Below are positions 22,150 through 32,148 of a DNA stretch of 35,414 bases, in pieces (position 1 is the first letter of the stretch; every line of letters starts with the position of its first letter). Location of the stretch: assembly GCF_006345805.1 (NCBI RefSeq), contig NW_021829870.1, forward strand, positions 1-35,414, written 5' to 3'. Under the pieces are notes generated by a model. That model had not been told where the DNA came from. It saw only the letters and a program-made list of their open reading frames with translations, and made no database searches. The position numbers and the translations under genes are program-made. The stretch is from Octopus sinensis. Lineage: Eukaryota.

Positions 22150-22420
22150 TTATTACACTTATTTCACAGCACGCGTGTGAATGAATACGTGTGATGTGTG
22201 CATCTTTCTTTAAATGTATTCTCGATGTACCCGATGTACGTTTTTACCCTAATGTAAAACCATCTACATCTGCTCTCTGTGCTATTTTTCTAGACAGGCA
22301 TTTTTTATCTAAAGGACACCTAAATTTCATTCGGATTCCGTTACTTGTGCGGCGTGTTGGGGTTCTTGATTATCTTGAGACATTTATAAACACCTGTATT
22401 TACCTAACTTCAACAGAATG
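22150..22420 (-). mobile_element. Penelope-like element GIY-YIG endonuclease remnant 2
   Basis: FRCPLDKKCL...(frameshift)...KTYIGYIENTFKERCTHHTYSF. The plus-strand 97-aa ORF 22191..22484 is merely its antisense. Confidence 0.8.
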
Positions 22421-22554
22421 TGTTTCTCTCCCACTCCCGATTGCAAGTAGATCAACACTACTCTCTTCTGCCTCTACAGTTTAACTTTTTCTTATCTTCT
22501 TGTGTTTACACATAAGTTACATAGCTGTCTCTACAATAATTCTACTTTGATAAT

Positions 22555-22712
22555 TGAGGCAGCAAATTGACTGAAGCATCAAGTCATTGCCGAGACAAAT
22601 TCGCAGTATATATTCTGGTTTTGTGCACACTGAGTTCAAATTCCACCTCGGTCAACTATGCCGATCGTCTTTGTGGGCATCGATAAATCGAAAGCACATC
22701 TGGTACTGAATT
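22555..22712 (+). mobile_element. SINE family A, highly degraded
   Basis: GAGGCAGCAAATTG...CTGAGTTCAAATTCCACCTCGGTCAACT...TCGATAAA. Confidence 0.6.
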
Positions 22713-23071
22713 TATTCTTCACGCTTTTCTGCTTTCTTCTCCTTTTTTCCTCCTCAATGAAACAAGTAAAAGAATAAAAGAGGAAAGATTGTATCTGATT
22801 TAAGTATCTTATTTTAAAGAAAATCCACGATACTTCTAAACGCCCAGCGCCCCCTCGCGATAGCCCAACTCACTCAAGGGGGCACTACCACTCAGGTGAA
22901 CACCCACTCGCCTAAGCTATGAAAACACTCACATATAAGAGACTAATGATGCAGAGACAAGATTTTTTTTTTTGGTTTATGACATATTTTGTACATTTTC
23001 TTCTTAAATTCTGTCCATCATTTTTCACTTGATTGATTTATTACTGTTATTGTTGTTGCGTCTGTTGCTAG

Positions 23072-23212
23072 GCTACGGCAGTCAGTCATCTGTGACGGCA
23101 GCAGTGGCACACACCAGTAAAGAGAATCAGACGTCACCTGGCGCCACGAGTAGTGAGTACCAGAGGGAGCAAAGTTCGGTGGCGTTGAATCACTACTCAG
23201 ATATACCTTACG
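23072..23212 (+). CDS. Candidate internal coding exon of an unidentified host gene (141 bp, phase 1-1): (G)YGSQSSVTAAVAHTSKENQTSPGATSSEYQREQSSVALNHYSDIPY(G)
   Basis: T-rich tract then CTAG acceptor ending at 23071; ACG|GTAAGT donor at 23213; length divisible by 3; open frame; GC- and CpG-richer than the flanks; not a recognisable repeat. Confidence 0.7.
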
Positions 23213-23225
23213 GTAAGTCACAACA

Positions 23226-23251
23226 TCAGCGTCATCATCCTCATCATCATT

Positions 23252-23296
<45 letters not shown>

Positions 23297-23380
23297 TTTC
23301 TCACCCTTTCTTTCTTTCCCTCTCTTTCTCTCCTCTCTTTCTTTCTCTCTCCCTCTCTCTCTATAATCTATCTATCTATC
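23226..23380. repeat. (CAT)n followed by (CT)n and (TCTA)n
   Basis: Directly visible. Accounts for the poly-His in ORF 23029..23484. Confidence 0.95.
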
Positions 23381-23523
23381 TCTTGTGTCTGAATGTATGG
23401 ATGCGCGGCCGTCTCTTTCTCTGTGTTCATGCTCCTCAATCTACCCATGAATCTACCCTTCTAAGTAGCAACCTAAATAAATAAATCATATACATTTGTA
23501 TACACACACACACATATATATTA

Positions 23524-23565
<42 letters not shown>

Positions 23566-23738
23566 TATATATATTATTATATATATATACATATATATAT
23601 ATATCAATATACATTATTTCTGAGAAGAATCATAGATTTCTATTAAACTATGTATCTATCTAATCCATGTATGTGTGTGTGTGTGCGCATGTATATATTC
23701 TGTTGTATCTTTTTAACTTTTCTCCTATCAACTTTTTG

Positions 23739-23765
23739 CTGAAGAAGGACCTTATCCGAAACGTT
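23739..23765 (+). ncRNA. Minimal hammerhead core, helix I not formed
   Basis: CTGAAGA-A-GGA/CCTTA/TCC-GAAA-CG-TT. Core and helix II are intact; the flanks (TTTG / GAAC) mismatch at the closing pair. Confidence 0.6.
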
Positions 23766-23907
23766 GAACTTCCCTCTTCTCACACCAAGTTCATTGTGCA
23801 AATTTTTCTGTTTTACTAAATAATACAACACTTCCCGACGCAGATCAACACTCATCTATTTGATATCTGTTCCACACACTGGTATCTGTTTCACACACAC
23901 ATACACA

Positions 23908-23964
<57 letters not shown>

Positions 23965-24432
23965 TTTATTTGTTACTTGTTTCAGTTTTTGGACTACGGC
24001 TATGCAGAGCCACGGCCTTTTTGTAGCTGAACAACTCGACCTCAGCACTAATTATTAATATTTTTTTTGCACTGCTTTGTTTTTAAGTCTGGTACTTATT
24101 GCATCGGATACATTCGCTCAACTGCTAAGGGAACATAAACTAGCCAACACAGGTTGTCAAGCGATGAATTTTGACAAATGCTGACACTAAGGCACACGCT
24201 CAAACAGACAACCACACATATATACGCGCATGTATGTATGTACGTATATATGTGTGTGAGCGCGCACGCGCGCACCTGATGGGATTCCATGCAGTTTCCG
24301 TTTACCAAATTCACTAAGAAGGCAGTGGTCGGCTCGGGCCTATAGTAGAAAAACATTTGCCGTGCAGTGGGGCTGAACCTGAAGCCATGTGGTTGCAAAG
24401 CGAGTTTCTTAACCACACAGCCGTGCCTGCGT
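23965..24432 (-). mobile_element. SINE family B, full length, diverged
   Basis: Tail TTACTTGTTTCAG at ~23970; core CAGTTTCCGTTTACCAAATTCAC; head CTTAACCACACAGCCGTGCCTGCG. Confidence 0.8.
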
Positions 24433-24794
24433 CTGAACAGTCTCGAATACAGATCGACCTGTTGTTCTGGTTTCTAACATTTCAAAGGTCATCTCTCAAC
24501 AAGCAGACCTGTGATCAAAGTATTCAAACCACGACCATTTTATCTTTTTTATTCAGCATAGTGTATCTGAGACTACATTATACAATATGTCCTGTTATTT
24601 TAAAAAACTAAACGGTATGATATAGTTTGAGGGGAATTTGGTTCTCAATTGAAGAAGGTTGGGGAATTCTGAAGTGATACCGAAGATGAAGCAGATGGCT
24701 GCATCCCAACCCTGCTAGAAATCACAGACAGAAGCGTGTATCCCGAATAATCCCAAGGAAACATGTGTATCTCGAATACATTATATATGTTTCA

Positions 24795-25406
24795 AATTTT
24801 GGAACAAGGCCAGCAAGCAAACTGGTACTTATTATATTGACTCCAAAAGGATGAAATACAAAATCGACCTCGGCGGAATTTGAACTCAGAACGTAAAGAC
24901 GGACGAAATACCGCTAAGCACCTTGTCCATGTGCGAAAGATTCTGGCAGCTCGCCGCTTTAATAATGATAATTCTTTTTTATAGGCACAAGGCCTGAAAA
25001 TTTGGCGGATGGAGGATAGTTGATTACATCGACCCCAATGTGTAGCTGGTACTTATTTCATCGACTCCGAAAGGATGAATAGCGATGTTTACCTCGGCGG
25101 AATTTGAACTCGGAACGTAAAGACGGACGAAATGCCGCAAAGCACCTTGCCCATCGTGCGAACGATTCTGCCAGCTCGCCACCTTAATAATAATGATAAT
25201 GGTTTCAAATCTTGGTACAAGGCCAGGAAGTTCGAGAGATGGAGTAAGACGATTCCATCCGACCTTAGAGCTCAAGCGGTACTTGTTTTATCGATTGAAA
25301 GGCAAAGTCAACGGTGGCACAATTTGAACTCAGAACGTAAAGACAGGCGAAATGCTGTTAAGCATTTTACCTGACGTATTAACGATTCTGCTACCTCGCC
25401 GCTTTA
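24795..25406 (-). mobile_element. Three tandem SINE family A copies (24795-24962, 24975-25186, 25203-25406)
   Basis: Each ends in a CTCGCC(G/A)C(T/C)TTA head on the plus strand; separated only by short AAT-rich tails. Confidence 0.88.
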
Positions 25407-25539
25407 TTCTGATAACATTACATAAGAAACACAGATAGATGGTCACGGTTGGACGGTCTTCGGTCTTTCATCGACTCATTTATGGTTGATTTGGAACTAA
25501 ATGACAACATTAATAGCTATATTATTATATGTAGAAATT

Positions 25540-25758
25540 AAGGCGGCGAGCTGGCAGAAACGTTAGCACGACGGGCGAAATGCTTAGTGGTATTTCGTCC
25601 GTCTTCATGTTCTGAGTTCAAATTCCGCCGAGGCCGATTTTGTCTTTCATCCTTTCGGGATCGATAGATTAGGCACCAGTTGCGTACTAGGGTCGAACAA
25701 ATCGACTTTCCACCTCCCCCAAAACTTCGGGCCTTGTGCCTAGAGAATAAAAGAATTT
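25540..25758 (+). mobile_element. SINE family A with a 12-bp TSD
   Basis: TATGTAGAAATT at 25528-25539 and 25759-25770. Confidence 0.92.
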
Positions 25759-26065
25759 TATGTAGAAATTTACGTATATTTACTCACTACACACACACTT
25801 TACACTCATATACACATACGCACTCACACATACACAAAAACTTATACACATGTATAAACAGACAAATATACAAAGACAGACTCATGTATACGTACATACA
25901 CAAATACACATACACACATAGACAAATCACACATTATACACCATTCAACACTCCGTTACACACATAGACACACACGAACTCACTGCATACACTGAGATAC
26001 ATACATATATACATGCATACATATATACATACATACATGCTTGTCAGTGTGTATGAGTAAGATAT

Positions 26066-26102
<37 letters not shown>

Positions 26103-26112
26103 ATTGCGCACG

Positions 26113-26160
<48 letters not shown>

Positions 26161-26329
26161 GTGCGCAATACATACTCACACATCACGAATATATACACAC
26201 AACACTATATGGTCGGATCAGTTCAAAAGTAAAAATGAAAGTGATAATAGCTGTTGGTGGTGGGGGTGGGATGGGGTTGCATTGATGACGATGGGTGTTG
26301 TAGTCGGGGGGAGGATAGTGGTGAGGATC

Positions 26330-26355
26330 GGGGCGCGGCGGGGCGGGGTCTGGGG
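26330..26355 (+). other. Canonical G-quadruplex-forming motif / GC box
   Basis: GGGG-CGCGGC-GGGG-C-GGGG-TCT-GGGG; contains GGGGCGGGG. Confidence 0.6.
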
Positions 26356-26484
26356 CGTGCGGATGTGGTTATCCTTGACTCAACCTCGCTACACAAGAAC
26401 CACTTAAGTACGGAAACGGAGATATAGCGAAGATGCCAACACCGTTTCACACAACACAACACACACCACACACACTTTCTTCTC

Positions 26485-26538
<54 letters not shown>

Positions 26539-26669
26539 ACATACACACACACACACACACTCTCTCTCTCTCGCTTCTGTCCAAGAGGTGAAATTCCTTG
26601 AAAGTCTTCTTGAAAATAGCTACAAATCACTTCAACAACGAAATGTTTTACCTCTGCACTTAGACAACG

Positions 26670-27077
26670 CATGTTGCTGCTGCTACTGCTGCTGCTGTTG
26701 TTGTTTTTGTTGTTGTTGCTGCTGCTGCAGCTGCTACCATTGTTCTTGCTATTACAGACGTTGTTGTTGTTATTGTTGTTGTCTTCATTGTTTCTATTGC
26801 CGTTGTTGTTGCTTTTATAGTTGCGGTTGTTGTTGCTGTTGTAGTTTACGTCGTTATTACTATGGTTCCTGGTATTCTTGTAGTAAGTTGATATTCTTCT
26901 TAACGTTATTGGCATTGTTGTTGCTGTTGATGTTGTAGTTGTTACTGTTGTACAAAGATCTTGGAGTTCTTGACGTTGTTAATGTTGTTGTTGTTGTTAG
27001 TTCTGACAATGGCAGCAGTAAGTGTTGTTGTGGTGATAGTAGTGTTGGTAGCTGTAGTGGTGGTGGCTATAACGGGT

Positions 27078-27121
<44 letters not shown>

Positions 27122-27183
27122 GGTGGTTGTGGTGGTGTTGGTGGTGGTGGTGGTGGTCGTCGTTGTCGTCGTCGTCGTCGTAA

Positions 27184-27217
<34 letters not shown>

Positions 27218-27304
27218 GGTGGTGGTGGTGGTGGTCGTCGTCGTCGTCGTCGTCGTCGTCGAGGTAGTAGTAGCAATTGGTGGTGGTGGTGGTGGTGGTG
27301 GTCG

Positions 27305-27382
<78 letters not shown>

Positions 27383-27538
27383 CGGCGGTGCTGGTGGTGG
27401 TGGTGGTGGCGGTGGTGATTTCGTTGTGGTAATTTTAGTGGGGTGGTGGGATAGTCGGTCTTAGTTTACTCGTCCTTGTTATCATCATCATCATCATCGA
27501 CATCATTATCATTGGCGTCATCGTCGTCAGCATCATCA

Positions 27539-27571
<33 letters not shown>

Positions 27572-27600
27572 TCAACATCATCAACAACAGCAACCACATT
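26670..27600. repeat. ~930-bp compound trinucleotide microsatellite
   Basis: (TGC/TTG)n, then cycles of (GTA)n(GTG)n(GTC)n, then (ATC/GTC)n. Confidence 0.95.
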
Positions 27601-27822
27601 TAATGTTAATAAAAGTAAGGAATGTCATGAAGAGGTGTCAAACACTGATGTCCATGACACTAAAACGTTTCGATTAATGATCTCTTCCCCCTCTCTCCTC
27701 CTCTCTCTCTCCATCTCTCCCTTTCCCTCTCTCTCGTACCCTCACTTATTCGCCTATGTATATAAATGTGAATATATATGTGTGTGTGTCTGCACGTCAA
27801 AATGCATGGCTGTGTGGTAAGT

Positions 27823-27862
<40 letters not shown>

Positions 27863-27865
<3 letters not shown>

Positions 27866-28013
27866 TGCTGAGTGGCTGTGTGGCAAGTAGCTTGCTTACC
27901 AACCACATGCTTCCTGGTTCGGTCCCACTGCGTGGCACCTTGCGCAAGTGTCTTCTGCTATAGCCTCGGGCCGACCAAGGCCTTGTGAGTGGATTTGGTA
28001 GACGGAAACTGAA

Positions 28014-28048
<35 letters not shown>

Positions 28049-28207
28049 CATTTGTGTGTCTGTGTTTATATCACCGTAACTTAGTGGTTCGGCAAAAAGA
28101 GACCGATAGAATAAGCACTAGGCTTACAAAGAATAAGTCCTAGGGTCGACTTGCTCGATTAAGGCGTTGGCCACGCATGGCACAGTCAAATGACTGAAAA
28201 CAAGTAC
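27863..28207 (+). mobile_element. SINE family B, near full length
   Basis: AGGTGCTGAGTGGCTGTGTGG head through CAGTCAAATGACTGAAAACAAGT tail. A short duplicate of the head (GGCTGTGTGGTAAGT) lies at ~27808. Confidence 0.9.
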
Positions 28208-28209
28208 TT

Positions 28210-28224
28210 ACATATATATATACG

Positions 28225-28255
<31 letters not shown>

Positions 28256-28336
28256 TATATATATATATATATATACATATATATATACGTATATATTGTA
28301 TATATGTAAATATGTGTGTATATATATATATGTTAA

Positions 28337-28374
<38 letters not shown>

Positions 28375-28542
28375 ATATATATATTTAATGAAATGGATAA
28401 ATGAATTATCTTGTTACGGATTATTCAAAATTTAACCGATACCTATGTAGAAAATCACACCAGAAAAGACACGGTTGAGGTTGACGACCATTTCTTCCCT
28501 CATAAATATTTATATATATATAGATATATATATATTATATAT

Positions 28543-28589
<47 letters not shown>

Positions 28590-28650
28590 ATATCTAATAT
28601 ATATATATATAATATATATAATATCTATATATATATATATAATATATATA
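28210..28650. repeat. (TA)n microsatellite fields
   Basis: Directly visible (28210-28385 and 28503-28650); further compound tracts at 29110-29520 and 30218-30420. Confidence 0.95.
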
Positions 28651-29419
28651 AAAGAAATTAGGATGACAAAAGGAACAAAGATAATGTTATGAACTTCATT
28701 AGCTAACAGCTGTTTCTGCCATAAGATGCAATGCACTCATAATTGAGTGCTTCGATATCACCCTATAGCTTCATCAGAGCTTCAAACTTGGAACTAAACC
28801 GAATTTGAGGTGAATTATTCCGCCAGTCCATGACTTATATGCGTATATAATGTAAAAACTATGTACTGGTATGCCCGGACAATATATACGTAAGAATAAA
28901 TTCATATATGATGTTGATAAGCCACAAAAATACCGAGACATCGAAGTTCGTCACTCCTGAGTGGGATCTGTGGTAAGTCATCTCGCCTGACCTCCACTGT
29001 CAGGTATTTAACACAAGGCCCTTTGAGAGATTAATCTCCACCACGCTATATAGCAGCCTGCCGGCAAGTGCGCGGAGTGTTTTCGTTATGCATAAATGGT
29101 CGATAATGTGTGTATATATATATATATATATAATTAGAGAGAGAAGGAAGGAGAGAGAGTGAAGTAGAGAGCAAGAGAGACAGATAAACACACACACACA
29201 TAGATAGATAGATACATACATACATACATTCACACATACAGGTATGCACATATACATACATATATATACACACACAAACATACACATATACATAGAAAAT
29301 ACATTCCAAATACACGCACACACACACACGCGCGCGCGCGGCGCTCATAGACACACTACCCCGTGTGTGTGTCAATAAGTAAAATTACATTAATGTGTGT
29401 GAGAGAGGGAGAGAGAGAC

Positions 29420-29450
<31 letters not shown>

Positions 29451-29983
29451 TGAAGGGAAAAGGAAAGAGGGGAGGAGAGGGAAGGAGGGGGAAGGAGGGG
29501 GAGAGGGAGAGAGAGATCCTATTGGAAACTGAAAGCTCCACAAACTGTTACTCAGATCTTTATTTTTCTGATTTTCGAAAGGAAACATCGGGAAACTATT
29601 TTAAGTGAAACAAACGTCAAATAGTAACCGTCGAACGAAATATCGGCCATTCATTGGCTGGAGCTCGGTTATTGATATGCAGATAACGGATACTGTATGA
29701 TATATCGTAGAATGTTTAAAGTGTAGAAGGAGAGTGCATGTGTGTATCACATAAATTGGAGCATAAATTAATAAGGAAGGACAAAAGAGAAAAAGGAAGA
29801 TTGACTGTTAAGTATTCTTTCTTCTGTTTTTCTTCGCACTTATGTGCTTCCGTATATGGGAGTGTATGCACGCGCCTCAATACGCGTTTTAATACTGCCT
29901 CAATTGCATATACCGGATTTTTAATCAGCCAGACAGCTATTTGCAACATTAGTGAATATTTCATTCTCTTTTTCCTACGTCAG

Positions 29984-30119
29984 AGACGACGAATTTTCGA
30001 CCGAGCAGGTTGCCGGCTGCGAGTACACGCCATTGAAAAGGTCCAAAATGGCCGAAAATAATCTAGTGCTCTCGCTGGCCGCTGCTAGGAAGAATCTCAC
30101 ATATTTATTGTATTTTTAA
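29984..30119 (+). CDS. Weaker candidate (possibly terminal) coding exon: DDEFSTEQVAGCEYTPLKRSKMAENNLVLSLAAARKNLTYLLYF* (phase 2), or ETTNFRPSRLPAASTRH* if joined in phase 1
   Basis: Strong polypyrimidine acceptor TTCATTCTCTTTTTCCTACGTCAG ending at 29983; CpG-rich non-repeat sequence; no good donor seen; frame ambiguous. Confidence 0.4.
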
Positions 30120-30213
30120 CAGAGCAAGTTCATAAGAGATGTTACTTCACGACAATTACTGCACAAACTGGCCTATCGAAAGTGTGAATACATTGTGTTG
30201 CATAGATGGCTCT

Positions 30214-30303
<90 letters not shown>

Positions 30304-30345
30304 GCATACATACACACACACAACACATACATATATATATAGATG

Positions 30346-30420
<75 letters not shown>

Positions 30421-30423
<3 letters not shown>

Positions 30424-30922
30424 AAACTGTAGTTGTGTGAGTGTCTGTCCCTTCGATTAGATTCCTAACTACTCCCACATTTTGCAGTGCAGTTTAACCA
30501 AATTCGGGTATCTTATAGTCGTGATTCATATCGAGCCCGTCTGAGTATTAGCGCGCGTCTACGATGAGTCTACGATTTTAAAAATAATTTAACATCATTT
30601 TTTATTCCATTTTAATGCATAATTTTTCGTGTGTCGATGGCGGCGGAGTTGGCGTCCATGGTCACACCTGCACCTGTTTGCTTTTCCCCCTTCTTCCCTA
30701 CCTCGTGAAGCTGTGGGGAAGGGAGTGTAAGGAAATCAACGTCGTAAAGCGTTGTCAAGGAGACCAGCGTTCTTTTAGAACAACGACTTCATGGCTTGAA
30801 GACACCAAAACAGAAATGGCTAAGAAAGCCCGAATTGGCATCTATAAGGGAAGTAACTCTTTAAAAATGCTTATATAGTTATTTCCCTTACAAACCCGAG
30901 CAACGCCGGGAGATAATGCTAG
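30421..30922 (+). mobile_element. Non-autonomous Helitron, copy 2
   Basis: 3' end has hairpin CCCGAGCAACGCCGGG (30895-30910) and CTAG (30919-30922) followed by T. 5' end is lost in (TA)n. Subterminal IR at 30845-30858/30877-30890. Confidence 0.88.
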
Positions 30923-30955
<33 letters not shown>

Positions 30956-31336
30956 TATATTATATATATATATATTAGGTTCGGAGATGGTATAGAGTAT
31001 TATATATTAGAAGAAATAAGGTACTCAGAAAATCTGGATGGTTTTATATTTACAGATTTTTATAATGTATCACATGTTTTTATAAATAATATATTAGCGC
31101 TGCATCCACTCTGGTGGATCTTCAGATTGAATTTTTCAGGAGATTCGTCTCTTTTTATAGTATTATTGAGTGTGTAGGGGTGGGGAGAGATATAGAATAG
31201 TAAAAGAGGGTGAGGAATGGGGAGAAAGTGAGAAAGAGTGCGTGTGTGTGTGCCTTTGTATCTGAAAGAAGTGTCAATGGAAAAGAGAAGGAAAGGAAGA
31301 AGGAAGATAGAAAGAAGAAAAAATGTATATATATAT

Positions 31337-31750
31337 AGGCGCAGGAGCGGCTGTGTGGTAAGTAGCTTGCTAAACAACCACATGGTTCCGGGTTCAGTTC
31401 CACTGCGTGGCATCTTGGGCAAGTGTCTTCTGCTATAGCCCCGGGCCGACCAATGTCTTGTGAGTGGATTTGGTAGACGGAAACTGAAAGAAGCCTGTCG
31501 TATATATGTATATATGTATATATATATATATATGCGTGTGTGTTTGTGTGTCTGTGTTTGTCTCCCTAGCATTGCTTGACAACCGATGCTGGTGTGTTTA
31601 CGTCCCCGTCACTTAGCGGTTCGGCAAAAGAGACTGATAGAATAAGTATGGGCTTACAAAGATTAAGTCCTGGGGTCGATTTGCTCGACTAAAGTCGGTG
31701 CTCCTGCATGGCCGCAGTCAAATGACTGAAACAGTAAAAGAGTAAAAGAG
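31337..31750 (+). mobile_element. SINE family B, best-preserved full-length copy
   Basis: Head with A-box-like GGCTGTGTGGTAAG and B-box-like GGTTCAGTTCC, CORE-like CTTGGGCAAGTG, internal (TA)/(TG) tract and (TAAAAGAG)n tail. Followed by (TA)n to ~31866. Confidence 0.92.
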
Positions 31751-31784
31751 TATATATAATATATATATATTATATATATATATA

Positions 31785-31867
<83 letters not shown>

Positions 31868-31982
31868 GAGATATCTACCGTATGTATGTATGTATATTCT
31901 TAAATCAGAAGAACTTCGTAAATTTTTGAGAGAAAATAAATATTAGATATAAATATAAACTAATTCTTTTTGCGACAAGTAG

Positions 31983-32148
31983 ATATCGAAGCTCACATAA
32001 GCTATATATACGGGCTTGAAAAGCCCTTTTGGATACAGTAAAAGCAAAGGCTGCCCTTGGAATACAAACTCCCATTTGCAATAGACATGATACGGCCAGA
32101 CCTAATATTTATAGGATATGCTTTATAGCTGTATGTGTGCTTCGAGAT
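31983..32148. repeat. Inverted-repeat element, diverged relative of 5393-5571
   Basis: Arms ATATCGAAGCTCACATAAGCTATATA and TTTATAGCTGTATGTGTGCTTCGAGAT; internal GGCTGCCC (32049-32056) shared with copy 1. Confidence 0.55.

Noticed and set aside
22191-22484. 97-aa plus-strand ORF
   Set aside because: It is the antisense of a Penelope GIY-YIG remnant.
26939-27464. Long poly-Val, poly-Ser/Gly/Arg or antisense poly-Thr (mucin-like) frames
   Set aside because: Pure trinucleotide repeat; the register shifts at ~27272-27277, and there is a stop immediately upstream of the Thr frame.
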